Counted from the first letter of the stretch, positions 53,601 through 62,875 are shown. The stretch: DNA of 64,000 bases from Thermovirgaceae bacterium (GCA_040767805.1 JAXGNU010000004.1:1-64000), one strand, 5' to 3'. Notes: generated from the letters alone by a model not told the origin. Numbers and translations are program-made.

Positions 53601-56600
53601 GTATCGATATCCTTTAAGGACAAGGTGTTGGTGTCAGGAGAAACCAAGGGGTCATCGGTCTCAGTGAAGCTCTCGGAATCGCTGTCGCCAGCTCCCTTGG
53701 AGATCACCGGCGCGTCATTCGTGCCGTGAATTCTAATGGTCAACGTGGCATTGGAACTGCCTCCCTCATCATCGGTGATCGTGTAGGTGAAGGTGTCCGT
53801 TAAATAAGGGTCGTTGTGAGCAAGGGCCTGGATTGCCGGGTCCGTGTTGTTCAGGTTGTAGGTGTAACTGCCATCGGAGTTGATGGTTACCGTGCCGTAG
53901 GCGCCATCGATCGACACACTACCGCCCTCGGAGATCGCCTGTCCATCGACGCTATCCACCAGCAAGGGGTCGCCGTCGGGATCAATATCATTGCCAAGAA
54001 CATTGCCGGTAGCGGTGATAGCTGTATCTTCCGTGACATCACCAAAGTCGTTTATCGCTGTAGGTCCAGGGTTCGTAACGGTCCACGTAAACGTCTGGGA
54101 CGTGCTGGCACCGTGGGGGTCCGTCGCCGTCACCGTCACCGTGTAGACACCGTCATCACCAGGGCCGCCCTGGGAAGCGGAACGGTCTATGGTGCCCGAG
54201 ATAACCCCCGTGGCAGTGTCGATGGTCAGGCCTTCGGGAAGACCCTCGGCACTGAAAGTAAGGGTGTCCGAAGCGTCAGGGTCGCTGAAATAACCAGATA
54301 CATCATGGCTTATTGCATCAGCGTCGAAATCAGACCGGCCTTCAATAGGTGTGCTCACAGGGCCATCGTTGGCACCCGTCACCGTAATCGTAAGCGTCGC
54401 CGTGTCGGTGCCGCCCTCTCCGTCGCTGACGGTGTAGGTCACGCTCGTCGTCGCCGTCTCGTTTACTGCCAGGTAGTCAAAGTCCGTCCCAGGATCAAAG
54501 GTGTAACTGCCGTCGGCGTTCAATGTGAAGGTGCCGCCGTTCGTGCCGGAAATAGTACCACCCGCTGAAGCCGTGTCGGTCCCGTTGGTGAATTCCGTCA
54601 CCGAAAGCGGGTCCCCGTCAGGGTCGCTGTCGTTGGAAAGGACACCGAGCTCCTTGGAAATATCAAGCGGGTCGTTCTCGCCCGTCGTGTTCGCGTCGTC
54701 CTCCGCCACCGGAGCAGGGTTCGTAACGGTCCACGTAAACGTCTGGGACGTGCTGGCATTGTGGGGGTCCGTCGCCGTCACCGTCACCGTGTAGACACCG
54801 TCATCACCAGGGCCGCCCTGGGAAGCGGAACGGTCTATGGTGCCCGAGATAACCCCCGTGGCAGTGTCGATGGTCAGGCCTTCGGGAAGACCCTCGGCAC
54901 TGAAAGTAAGGGTGTCCGAAGCGTCAGGGTCGCTGAAATAACCAGATACATCATGGCTTATTGCATCAGCGTCGAAATCAGACCGGCCTTCAATAGGTGT
55001 GCTCACAGGGCCATCGTTGGCACCCGTCACCGTGATCGTAAGCGTCGCCGTGTCGGTACCGCCCTCTCCGTCGCTGACGGTGTAGGTCACGCTCGTCGTC
55101 GCCGTCTCGTTTACTGCCAGGTAGTCAAAGTCCGTCCCAGGATCAAAGGTGTAACTGCCGTCGGCGTTCAATGTGAAGGTGCCGCCGTTCGTGCCGGAAA
55201 TAGTACCACCCGCTGAAGCCGTGTCGGTCCCGTTGGTGAATTCCGTCACCGAAAGCGGGTCCCCGTCAGGGTCGCTGTCGTTGGAAAGGACACCGAGCTC
55301 CTTGGAAATATCAAGCGGGTCGTTCTCGCCCGTCGTGTTCGCGTCGTCCTCCGCCACCGGAGCAGGGTTCGTAACGGTCCACGTAAACGTCTGGGACGTG
55401 CTGGCACCGTGGGGGTCCGTCGCCGTCACCGTCACCGTGTAGACACCGTCATCACCAGGGCCGCCCTGGGAGGCGGAACGGTCTATGGTACCCGAGATAA
55501 CCCCCGTGGCAGTGTCGATGGTCAGGCCTTCGGGAAGACCCTCGGCACTGAAAGTAAGGGTGTCCGAAGCGTCAGGGTCGCTGAAATAACCAGATACATC
55601 ATGGCTTATTGCATCAGCGTCGAAATCAGACCGGCCTTCAATAGGTGTGCTCACAGGGCCATCGTTGGCACCCGTCACCGTGATCGTAAGCGTCGCCGTG
55701 TCGGTACCGCCCTCTCCGTCGCTGACGGTGTAGGTCACGCTCGTCGTCGCCGTCTCGTTTACTGCCAGGTAGTCAAAGTCCGTCCCAGGATCAAAGGTGT
55801 AACTGCCGTCGGCGTTCAATGTGAAGGTGCCGCCGTTCGTGCCGGAAATAGTACCACCCGCTGAAGCCGTGTCGGTCCCGTTGGTGAATTCCGTCACCGA
55901 AAGCGGGTCCCCGTCAGGGTCGCTGTCGTTGGAAAGGACACCGAGCTCCTTGGAAATATCAAGCGGGTCGTTCTCGCCCGTCGTGTTCGCGTCGTCCTCC
56001 GCCACCGGAGCAGGGTTCGTAACGGTCCACGTAAACGTCTGGGACGTGCTGGCACCGTGGGGGTCCGTCGCCGTCACCGTCACCGTGTAGACACCGTCAT
56101 CACCAGGGCCGCCCTGGGAGGCGGAACGGTCTATGGTACCCGAGATAACCCCCGTGACAGGGTCAATGCTCAGACCGGCGGGCAAACCCTCCGCGCTGTA
56201 AGTAAGAACGTCGGAATCCGGATCCTTGAAGAATCCGGAAAAGCCGAGATCTATCCTATCGGCATCGTCGCTGGCCTGGTCAGGTATAGACGTACCTATC
56301 GGAGGCCTGTTAGCCCACCCGCTCTGGGGTATCCTGTCCCATCCCGAATAGGGGTCCTCTATTTCGGGGCGCGGGAAAGGGTCCTTGCCCTCGGCATAAT
56401 CGTAGCTGAAGCTTACGCGGGGGTTCCTCGTAGCCCGAGTGTCGAAGTGGAAGACTTCGTTGACATCACGAATATAGTCAAGCCCGGAATTATTCTCGTA
56501 CTGGATCCTCCCGAGCCGTACGTGAGAGTGGCCCTCCTGTACTACGTCCTCTTCGATGTCACCGCCGGGAGAGGGAGTCGAAGGAGCCGCGGTTTTTGCC

Positions 56601-56887
56601 GGCTCATAATGGGCTGAGGCCTCGGCCGGCAGGTCTGACGGAGACAGCGCTACCGGCTCCGGGACATCCTCCGGGGCAGGGCCGCCCCCCACCGCCAGGG
56701 AAGAACCTTCCGACAGCTCGAAAGGATTACCGGCGGAGTCCATCAGCAGGATCTGGCCGGACCTTACTATTATTATTTCTCCCTCGGGGATGAGGTCACC
56801 CTTCTGGATGGGGATCAGCAGCCTGTCTTCTGTCTGCCTGAAGGCCTCACCGGTTATTTTGACGACGGTTAATTTATTGTTGCCCAT
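47633..56887 (-). CDS. Giant T1SS-secreted repetitive adhesin (retention module, He_PIG/VCBS/cadherin-like Ig repeats)
   Basis: No Sec signal; EGHSHVRLGR retention-like motif; GLPxGLxID, DGSYTF, GANDxP repeats; downstream of T1SS genes. Confidence 0.9.
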   Translation of the reverse strand: MGNNKLTVVKITGEAFRQTEDRLLIPIQKGDLIPEGEIIIVRSGQILLMDSAGNPFELSEGSSLAVGGGPAPEDVPEPVALSPSDLPAEASAHYEPAKTAAPSTPSPGGDIEEDVVQEGHSHVRLGRIQYENNSGLDYIRDVNEVFHFDTRATRNPRVSFSYDYAEGKDPFPRPEIEDPYSGWDRIPQSGWANRPPIGTSIPDQASDDADRIDLGFSGFFKDPDSDVLTYSAEGLPAGLSIDPVTGVISGTIDRSASQGGPGDDGVYTVTVTATDPHGASTSQTFTWTVTNPAPVAEDDANTTGENDPLDISKELGVLSNDSDPDGDPLSVTEFTNGTDTASAGGTISGTNGGTFTLNADGSYTFDPGTDFDYLAVNETATTSVTYTVSDGEGGTDTATLTITVTGANDGPVSTPIEGRSDFDADAISHDVSGYFSDPDASDTLTFSAEGLPEGLTIDTATGVISGTIDRSASQGGPGDDGVYTVTVTATDPHGASTSQTFTWTVTNPAPVAEDDANTTGENDPLDISKELGVLSNDSDPDGDPLSVTEFTNGTDTASAGGTISGTNGGTFTLNADGSYTFDPGTDFDYLAVNETATTSVTYTVSDGEGGTDTATLTITVTGANDGPVSTPIEGRSDFDADAISHDVSGYFSDPDASDTLTFSAEGLPEGLTIDTATGVISGTIDRSASQGGPGDDGVYTVTVTATDPHNASTSQTFTWTVTNPAPVAEDDANTTGENDPLDISKELGVLSNDSDPDGDPLSVTEFTNGTDTASAGGTISGTNGGTFTLNADGSYTFDPGTDFDYLAVNETATTSVTYTVSDGEGGTDTATLTITVTGANDGPVSTPIEGRSDFDADAISHDVSGYFSDPDASDTLTFSAEGLPEGLTIDTATGVISGTIDRSASQGGPGDDGVYTVTVTATDPHGASTSQTFTWTVTNPGPTAINDFGDVTEDTAITATGNVLGNDIDPDGDPLLVDSVDGQAISEGGSVSIDGAYGTVTINSDGSYTYNLNNTDPAIQALAHNDPYLTDTFTYTITDDEGGSSNATLTIRIHGTNDAPVISKGAGDSDSESFTETDDPLVSPDTNTLSLKDIDTTNTVETDVVSVVKSGESTYHGPLPDNLLDMLTVSGGLASGETEGKIHWTFDSGTEAFDFLPAGQKLILTYTIEAKDSYGDTDTHDVTITITGTNDVGEIIDDTGNTNEDVTLTGNVLDNDIPDPDYGESLIVSGFKVDSDGDGVQENYFAGDTVTLKTSTGGRIGTFQLNANGSYTFTPHHNYSGPVPEISYKAGNLSFDGWATLKITINPVADAPKWEVHSGVETNEDEMISLNFKMPAITDNIDENGALPGDYPERLGYIELRSVDTGAKIYKGDGTTLLFTGANNTMTIVIVDEHGNLDTTVHYTDLTSDSNYGSAIKLTQAEFEALKILPPANRHNDIDMTLRVTSYETDDSGNRDTSVPGAAASRDIHVEVLAVTDDVDLKIAGSDVSYSATIDEDTTLNLSSLLSANFDDLDGSEKRSIVIYNPEGNDPIAVNGTTVNSGSSITIDAPGLSTSTTGFPAISIGGAANISGDLKGITVTLRAQDTDSDSPGHTPAVKTDSVTLDLYVNPVAGDVTAPPVSTEEDTAVKFMEDLALTDTDGSEVMDSITIKEVPTGWVIKDSGGTVVHTGDGSSDYSVPVAHVSDGSYKDYTITPPAHSSADETLTVSVQTTDTKVVDGTTVTSTETVDLGVKVTVTPVAEVIGTDTDGDGIDDLTMSGDHTYTTHALEDTWFELNQDGFDFKTPWSNQDPDEETYALLTPKLNGGATSAIGSQFKYSEDNGNSWVTLTYNGSAPVEIPVEYLDTVEFKATPNVKGSFEIEVQAKTVDTDPDTGDKVSAVSGSATLTNGVIEPVADKVTLAVSSGLNTLEDVPVALKVRPTSSDPSETFNVTIEDIPDGAKFYYDGEELTVSSGSVTIEDYSAAKTLSILPPHNSNEDFVLKVSAVSVDSHGGITDVSDVATLLITVNVQGVADPAILDVHNFSTTEADLDSGGNAIALSEVINSASLTDTDGSETLTLVLTGLDPEFTVEGATFTGGVGTGRVWIIDTSKLASTNIVAPENYSGAIKLDVKAITTENDGDSLTGAPTPIVIEVAPSPEATITGSTTAPEDTLVPVNFSIVHQHGDTDEVLSSLWIKASDVEGKGFTLYYGNSTATTLADAAGASTPGVVLEDGYYKLTGDAIDSIYAKGAPNAHGSFDFEVKYEITDPSSDGSLPSVSNQTDDTYTLTVRAVTDATETSLGEFEFTGNASVDGTTVTAEGNTSISIPVTVTQLPDPDAGNEPDTDGSERLVRFVIDGVPDGVRVEGGVYIGDTPDHENTGQWLIEKNVAFNDTDQVIEDIVFHLEGSAALVGGLNETITITAVTQDTGSFEFRSGSSWTLVTAPVGEFDDSDATLGSPAQIITYEPTGAGVMEDTPKVLNDLVDFEITGSSPFSITLTHLPPGTVVEGMFQTTVDGQTVWTASGTGGNAELQALLDGIIVTPPENWNENNHPGGFSFSVHLTTYAEGGQQYDHPLIVSPAIEPVTDPALIEVSAPDVYEGDPVPIDLVLSNSADGEFSKIVGGKLYISLDETGMDKPGTLWYEGSQLSLTPVTGVAGVADGNYYVIEGVTDISQTVGLVYTPEAHSSGQATLTATLVGQEENASNIITNTVTGTLTVEPVNSGYDITVNDSSGNEDTKIALDFSDNGLIDNDGSESVLSAVLGNVPEGYLVFYGADEASSVAASNLGSDGFGNTSWSIPVTGGSLPAYIALLPPEHFSGTVPGLELSVYSGESTLDPTASTATFNLEVIPVADGLSITPTNTFGMEGDHIPINLNASIFDTDGSETVTLEVKGLGDYASFYSGGSLISSTIYDSGTDTYTVSGIEASKIDDLSFIQASKTGMVEVTAYTVETNNGDTSTPPVTGSFEIDIFEKIATAGDDTLLYSGKPLDGLAGEDTVIMRFNEGIDFGTDPAIRNVEIFDLRGETSGSNTLNHLSIQDVIDITDSNNTLTIFGDANDSVNIIDDGHWTTETIDGFYVYTHAIHTDVILKIQQEMMANLVPEP
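54068..56156 (-). repeat. About 3.2 near-identical 648-bp tandem repeats (216 aa)
   Basis: GGGTTCGTAACGGTCCACG recurs at ~54069, 54717, 55365 and 56013. Confidence 0.93.
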
Positions 56888-56938
56888 TATCTTCAACCTC
56901 CATGCCAAAATAGTCTTTTTTTAAAGATGTATATGGGA

Positions 56939-58357
56939 TCAGTGTTCTCGCAAAGCTTTTTCTTTCGCCCTGAAAAGGGGCTTGAGGATATAGGAGAGCA
57001 CCGTTTTTTTCCCTATTACAACGTCCACTTGCGCGACCATCCCCGGAAGGATAGGCCTGTTTTGACCCAAGGTCGTTTTTGCCGTTTTTACCCTTACCGT
57101 GTAAAAAGTGCCGCCCCTCTCATCGACGATCGTGTCGGGGCTTATGTACTCCACTTTCCCGTCGAGTCCGCCATAGATGGCGTACTCATAGGCGGTGAAC
57201 TTCACCACCACATCCTGTCCCGGTTTTACGAAGGCCCTGTCGCTCGGGGAGAGCCTCGCCTCTATGACCAGTTCGTCCTCTTCGGAGACTACCTCCGCTA
57301 TGGCCCCTCCCGGCATGACCACCGCCCCGACGGTGTTCACGAAGAGCCGCTTGACGACCCCCCTGGCCGGAGAGCGCACCTCGGACTGGGAAACCCTGTC
57401 CTCGAGGGCCTTGTTGCCTTCGATGAGACTTTCAAGGTTGGCCATCGTGACCGATAGTTCGTTGCTCCAGTTGTTTTTGTATCTCAGGCTGACCTCGCGG
57501 ACCTGGCCTTCCGCTTCCGTTACGGAGGACTTGACCCTCGAGACCTGGGCCTTTGCCTGGTCCCGGTCTCCCCTCGCCCTGGCGACCTCCTTCTCCAGCC
57601 TCTTCACTTCGAGGGGGGATATAGCGCCGGACTCCAGTAAAGACCTGGTCGCGTTCAGTTCTTCCGTGGCCAGGTCAAAGGCCGTGGAGAGTTGCCCCAA
57701 CCTGGAGGTGGATTCGACCAGTTCCTGCCGTCTTTGGGAGACCCTGTCCCTGCCGACGGAGATCGCCGAGTTCAGTTCGTCCAGGCTCGTCCTGTAGAGC
57801 TGCCTTTCATGTTCCACCACGTTGGGGGCGGCTTCCTCCACTTCTTCCGGCGCCTGGAAGTCGTGTCCCTTGATAAGGGCCTCCAGTCGGGCGGCTTTTG
57901 CCGTGAGCGCCATTATTTGGGCCCTTCTTTCACCGAAGGAGGAGGTGAACCGGGTAGAGTCGATCTTGACTATGACGGCGTCCTTTTCGACCAGGTCCGA
58001 TTCCTTTACAAGGATCTCCTTTATTACTCCTCCGTCGACGGCCTGGATGAGCTGCGTCCCCGATGTGGGCGTCACCTTGCCCATTCCCCGGACGACGTCA
58101 TCGAGGGAGGAGTAGGAAGCCCAGGCCAAAAGGAGAGCCAGCGTTACGAAGAGGCAGTAAATGATGATCCGGCTGCTTATGGGCCTTTGTTCCTCGATCG
58201 CCCATTCGGCGTCGGTTCCCCAGTCGTAGGGGCCGTCGGCCTCGCCGGAGAAGAGCCTGTTGAATATTCCGCCGGTGACCTTGTCCCCGACCTGCTCGGC
58301 CGCGGAGATAAGGCGCCCCGCGCGGTCAAACTCTTTTTTGCCGAAGGGGCCCGCCAT
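56939..58357 (-). CDS. HlyD/LapC-type T1SS membrane fusion protein
   Basis: IQAVDGG, VRSPARGVV, KFTAYEYAIYGGLDG, LPGM. Confidence 0.93.
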   Translation of the reverse strand: MAGPFGKKEFDRAGRLISAAEQVGDKVTGGIFNRLFSGEADGPYDWGTDAEWAIEEQRPISSRIIIYCLFVTLALLLAWASYSSLDDVVRGMGKVTPTSGTQLIQAVDGGVIKEILVKESDLVEKDAVIVKIDSTRFTSSFGERRAQIMALTAKAARLEALIKGHDFQAPEEVEEAAPNVVEHERQLYRTSLDELNSAISVGRDRVSQRRQELVESTSRLGQLSTAFDLATEELNATRSLLESGAISPLEVKRLEKEVARARGDRDQAKAQVSRVKSSVTEAEGQVREVSLRYKNNWSNELSVTMANLESLIEGNKALEDRVSQSEVRSPARGVVKRLFVNTVGAVVMPGGAIAEVVSEEDELVIEARLSPSDRAFVKPGQDVVVKFTAYEYAIYGGLDGKVEYISPDTIVDERGGTFYTVRVKTAKTTLGQNRPILPGMVAQVDVVIGKKTVLSYILKPLFRAKEKALREH

Positions 58358-60558
58358 CAGGCCGTCCTCCTTACCTGGCCCTCTTGGAGAGCCTTCAATA
58401 CCTTTTCCTTCGGGCCGTCAGCCACGATCTTCCCCCGGTCCATGACGATGAGCCTGTCCACCAGGCTGAGCAGAGGCGTGCGGTGAGTGGTGAGTATCAC
58501 CGTTTTGTCCTTCACCAGCGCCGCCAGGTTCTTCTTTATGTGCTCTTCTATCACGTGGTCCATGGACGACGTGGGCTCGTCAAGGATGAGGATCGGCGGG
58601 TTCTTGATGATCGCCCGGGCGATCGCCACGGCCTGCCTTTGCCCGCTGGAGAGGAAACTCCCCCTCTCCCCTATGGGCATGTCAAAACCCTTGGGATGGG
58701 TGTTGGCGAACATCTCCACCCCGCTGACCCAAGACGCCAGGAGTATCTCCCTGTCCGTGACAGCAGGGCTGCCGAAAAGAAGGTTGTCCTTCAGGTTGCC
58801 GTAAAAAAGCATTACGTCCTGGGGGACTACGCCTATGTTCTTTCTCAGTTCTGATGGGTCGATCTGGCGGATGTCCCTGCCGTCGATCAGGATACTCCCT
58901 TCCTGGGGCCTGAAGAGGCCGAGGACAAGCTTGTTGACGGTGGTCTTCCCGGAACCGATGGGGCCCAGGAGGGCGACCTTCTCGCCGGCGCCTATCGTGA
59001 AGGACACGTCGGAGAGGGCGGTGCTCTCCTGCCCGGGGTAGGTGAAGGAGACACCCCGGAACTGCACGGACCCGCGGACCCGGGGCGTGCTTATGAACAC
59101 CGAACCGGCGGGGCGTTCCGTCTCTTTTTGCATGATCTCGTCCAGCGCCTTGAGGGACCGGGAGGCGGAATGGTACTGCATCAGGAGCGCCGCCACCCTG
59201 CCGATGGGGGCGATGGCCCTGGACGATAGCAGGTAGGTGGCGATGAGGCTCCCCATGCTGATGCTGTTGCTCATTATCAGGTAGACCCCTACTACCATGG
59301 TGGCTATGGAGGCGGCCATCTGTACCCACTGGACGGAATTGACCACCGATGAGGAAAGCAGCCTCAGCTTGATGTTGGTCCTTTCCAGGAAAGCCACGGT
59401 CTTCTCCCACCTAGACTGGATGTGCCCCTCGGCTCCCAGGGATTTCACCGTCTCCATCGCCACGAGGCTTTCAATGAGGGTCGCGTTCTTGAGAGAACTG
59501 GCCCTGCTGGTGGTCTCGGAGAGTTCGCGCATCTGCCCCTGGACGAGGACGGCATGGAGGAGGATCAGCCCGGAAGCCACCAGGAGGGGGATGACCAGGG
59601 TCCAGGATATCAGTGCGATGACCAGGAAAAAGAGGAGGGCGAAGGGCAGGTCGACGTAGGCGAGGACCGTGGCGGATGATATGAAAGAACGGACGCTGTC
59701 GAACCCCTGGATGCTGCCGGCGAAAGACCCCACCGAGGGGGACCTCTCCTCGCTCCTCATGTCGAGAACGTGCTCCATCATTTCCCTGGAGAGTTTAACG
59801 TTAGTCTTGGCCGCTGCAAGGTCGACGAGGTACCCCCTCGTCATGTGAATGACGAAATCGGCCGTGATCATCACGAACACGCCTATGGCCATCACCCACA
59901 GAGACTCGACGGCCCTGTTGGGCACGACCCGGTTGTATACGTTCATTACGAAAAGGGGCATCGAAAAGGCGATGAGGTTGCTCAGGACGGAGGCCACGAT
60001 TATGTCGCGGTAGAGGTGGCGATGTTCGGAGATGACGCCCCAGAACCAGTGTTCCTTTTCCAGTTTTTTCGTGCGTACCGCCCGCTCGTCGAACTGGAAC
60101 CGGGGGCGGGCGTAGATCGCGAAGCCGGTATAGCTTTCGCCCAGTTCTTCCAAACCTATTTCCGTCTCGTCCGGGCCAACCTCGGGGAAGGATACGCGCG
60201 CTTTCCCGGCCTCTTTGTCGACCGAAAAGACCACGCAGCAGTTGTTCTCGGCGAGGATCAGGACGGCGGGGAACAGGACAGGGTTGAGCCTGTCGAGGGG
60301 AGTCCTCACAACCCGGGTCAAAAGGCCCGCCCTCTCGGCAGCCCTGGAAAAGAGGGAGGGCGTGAGCCGGCCGTTCTCAAGGGGTAGACCGGCCAGCAGC
60401 GTATCGACAGAGGCATGTACACCGTGGAAACTCGAAAGGACCGCGAGCGAGGCGGCCAACGGGCCGCCCCGCAAGGTGTACTCCGGAACCTCTCCCGGCC
60501 TTTGCTCTTCGAGGGCAGGGCCGTTCATCCTTCGGGCTTCCGCTTCGGTGTTCCCCAT
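58357..60558 (-). CDS. LapB/LssB-type T1SS ABC transporter
   Basis: C39-like N-terminal domain, MNVYNRVVPN, GPIGSGKTT, LSSGQRQ, LDEPT. Confidence 0.95.
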   Translation of the reverse strand: MGNTEAEARRMNGPALEEQRPGEVPEYTLRGGPLAASLAVLSSFHGVHASVDTLLAGLPLENGRLTPSLFSRAAERAGLLTRVVRTPLDRLNPVLFPAVLILAENNCCVVFSVDKEAGKARVSFPEVGPDETEIGLEELGESYTGFAIYARPRFQFDERAVRTKKLEKEHWFWGVISEHRHLYRDIIVASVLSNLIAFSMPLFVMNVYNRVVPNRAVESLWVMAIGVFVMITADFVIHMTRGYLVDLAAAKTNVKLSREMMEHVLDMRSEERSPSVGSFAGSIQGFDSVRSFISSATVLAYVDLPFALLFFLVIALISWTLVIPLLVASGLILLHAVLVQGQMRELSETTSRASSLKNATLIESLVAMETVKSLGAEGHIQSRWEKTVAFLERTNIKLRLLSSSVVNSVQWVQMAASIATMVVGVYLIMSNSISMGSLIATYLLSSRAIAPIGRVAALLMQYHSASRSLKALDEIMQKETERPAGSVFISTPRVRGSVQFRGVSFTYPGQESTALSDVSFTIGAGEKVALLGPIGSGKTTVNKLVLGLFRPQEGSILIDGRDIRQIDPSELRKNIGVVPQDVMLFYGNLKDNLLFGSPAVTDREILLASWVSGVEMFANTHPKGFDMPIGERGSFLSSGQRQAVAIARAIIKNPPILILDEPTSSMDHVIEEHIKKNLAALVKDKTVILTTHRTPLLSLVDRLIVMDRGKIVADGPKEKVLKALQEGQVRRTA

Positions 60559-60565
60559 GGATACC

Positions 60566-61942
60566 TTACTGCACCTTGTCTTTTACGATCTCCAACCGGA
60601 TCTCTTCCGGCGACGGCAGGCTGTCACCGAAGACGTTAAAGTATTTCAGCAGCTGCCCCGAGGCCGCGAGGTACCTGGCCTTGGCTATCGTCAAGTTGGA
60701 TTCGGCGTTCACATAGGCCCTGTTCGCCTGGAAATATTCGTTTTCAGCGTCGAGCAGGTCCAGGAGGCTTCTCCTTCCGGCCTCGAACTGTTTCCCATAG
60801 GCCTTCCTGGTATGGTCGGCGTATTGCCTGTGCTGGTCGAGGCTTTCAAGCTGTTCGCTCAGGGTCCTGACGTCGTTGAAAGAGACGAGGGCTATCTGCT
60901 TCACGTCCCGTTCGGCCCTATTCTTGTTCTCTTCCGTTTCCTTCAGGAGTTCGCCGTAACGCTCGATGTCGGCCTTGTCAGAGCCGCCGTTGTAGAGGTT
61001 GTACCTCAGTATGAGCTCGACGACCCTCTTGTCCCTGTGGCCTCTCACGCCGTCGACGTCGTTCTCGAAATTGGCGCTGGCCCTGAAATCCAGCCTGGGG
61101 CTCATTTTTGATCTCTGTTCACTGACGGCGTAAGACATGGAGTTGACCTGCTCCTGGTGAGAGCAGACCAGGGGGTTGTCGGCCAGGATCTTTTCCATGG
61201 AGGAGTCGATCTCCCCGGGCAGCGCCAGGTCGATGGCGCTCTTTCCCAACCCCTCCCCGGGGTTCTCACCGACGACCCTGACGTACTGGGTCCCGCTGTC
61301 ATGCAGGTTGGATTCCTCGGTCATGAGATTGACTCGGGCGAGGGCGAGCCGGCCCTTCGCCGTCTCGAGGTTGACCTGGCTGTCGACTCCGGCGGCGGTC
61401 CTCTCCTGGACCTTATTTTTGATCTCTTCATGTCTTGCCATGTTTTCCCTGGCCATCTCAACAAGGGTCCTGTACCTTATCATGTCCTCGTGGCTCCTCA
61501 GGGCGGCCAGGGCAACCTGTTCCATCGATGAAATGAGGTCATAGTAGCGCATTTTTTGGGCATGGCTCAGCTTCTTGACCCTGCTCGAGGTATAGTTCCC
61601 GTCGAAGATCATCTGGGTGAGGCTCAAAGAAACGCCGTTCCTGGTATATTCCTGGAAGTCGCGACCCGCGTAGCCTTGGCCGTCAAGGTATTCTCGGCCT
61701 ATACCGGCGGTCAGGTCCAGCCGGGGCCTGAACCCACCCCGGGCCGAACCGAGTTCCCTCTCGGAAGCGCTGAAGGAGTACCACTTGGCAAGGACTTCAG
61801 GGTTAGTGGATATTGCTTTGAGCAGGGAGTCAACGGTGGTCACTTCCCTCGCTTCCGCCTGGACGCCCCCCAATGAGAAACACAGGATGAATAGTAAGGG
61901 GTAAAACCAAAACTGAAGACTCTTTTTCGAAAATAGACGCAC
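60566..61942 (-). CDS. LapE/AggA-type TolC outer membrane protein
   Basis: NPEV, YNLYNGGSD, QFEAGRRSLLDLLDAENE. Confidence 0.92.
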   Translation of the reverse strand: MRLFSKKSLQFWFYPLLFILCFSLGGVQAEAREVTTVDSLLKAISTNPEVLAKWYSFSASERELGSARGGFRPRLDLTAGIGREYLDGQGYAGRDFQEYTRNGVSLSLTQMIFDGNYTSSRVKKLSHAQKMRYYDLISSMEQVALAALRSHEDMIRYRTLVEMARENMARHEEIKNKVQERTAAGVDSQVNLETAKGRLALARVNLMTEESNLHDSGTQYVRVVGENPGEGLGKSAIDLALPGEIDSSMEKILADNPLVCSHQEQVNSMSYAVSEQRSKMSPRLDFRASANFENDVDGVRGHRDKRVVELILRYNLYNGGSDKADIERYGELLKETEENKNRAERDVKQIALVSFNDVRTLSEQLESLDQHRQYADHTRKAYGKQFEAGRRSLLDLLDAENEYFQANRAYVNAESNLTIAKARYLAASGQLLKYFNVFGDSLPSPEEIRLEIVKDKVQ

Positions 61943-62092
61943 TTCGACCTACCTCCTAGCTTTCGAATTAAATATATTGAATTTTTCGTTCCTGGTAAAA
62001 AACAGGAACCTCCCAGTCGTTGATCAAAAGCTGCGTGCCCTCACCGGGTGGACCTTTAAAGGAACCCGATGATACTTAAGACCGATGTGCCG

Positions 62093-62875
62093 TCATTCCG
62101 ACGAGGGCACAAAACCGCAAAGGAACCGGCACAGCTGGTCAAATAGAGCCTGTTGCCTGTGGTTGTACCGGAACTCCAATTCCTTCAGGTAAAGGGGGAA
62201 GTATCTCCCGGCAATGCCATGATGCCTCATCAGCCTTTCCTTGGCAAAACTCCAGAAGCCTTCCAGCCCGTTTACGTGGCCCCTGCCGCCGGGACGGTTT
62301 TTCCCGTGACCCACGGCAAGGCGGTTGAAACCGGAGTACAGGATCGAATCGTAGGCTTCAAAACGGTCGGTGCAAAGGACATTGCCGTGACGGCCCTTCT
62401 CGACGGCCGAGCCGAGAAGATCCTCGACTTTGCACCCCGGGATGACATCGACCATTATCCGTCCGCCCCGGAAGGCCAGCCCGAAGACAGGGTCCTCCCA
62501 CGACTCCTCGCCGCCCTGACGCCCGCCCCGGAAAAGAGGCCCCCCCGATCCCATCATGATCGGAAGGAGCGACGGGGCATCCTCCCCGTGGGCTAGAATA
62601 GCCATCCTCAGCACCGTCACCGCCCTGTGGGCGGTGTTATAGGCTATGCCAGCCTGGCGGGCGATGGCGCTCGCCGGTAATTCGAGTTCAAAGAGCTTGA
62701 CCACCCTAAGCCACTGGTCCGGGGCCAGGCGGCTTAGATTAATCCAGCGACCGGAGAAGTCATGGTAAAGGTACCCGCAACGCTTGCATCTCCTCCGGCC
62801 GTCCCCAAGCTTCGTGAAGGACCTTGACCTGCACCGCGGGCAGAAGCGCTGTTGGTTTTTCCAGCAAAAACTCAA
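62093..62875 (-). CDS. IS1595/ISXO2-like transposase-derived protein, degenerate catalytic motif; start uncertain
   Basis: CPRC..CKRC Zn ribbon, HTH, TD, NGLEGFWSFAKERL, LYLKELEFRYN. Confidence 0.8.
   Translation of the reverse strand: MSFCWKNQQRFCPRCRSRSFTKLGDGRRRCKRCGYLYHDFSGRWINLSRLAPDQWLRVVKLFELELPASAIARQAGIAYNTAHRAVTVLRMAILAHGEDAPSLLPIMMGSGGPLFRGGRQGGEESWEDPVFGLAFRGGRIMVDVIPGCKVEDLLGSAVEKGRHGNVLCTDRFEAYDSILYSGFNRLAVGHGKNRPGGRGHVNGLEGFWSFAKERLMRHHGIAGRYFPLYLKELEFRYNHRQQALFDQLCRFLCGFVPSSE

Noticed and set aside
61945..62092. Possible c-di-GMP riboswitch upstream of the T1SS operon (63040-63300 also inspected)
   Set aside because: Hairpins are present, but the GGCAAA..GAAA..GACGCAAA core is not; an Infernal/Rfam scan would settle it
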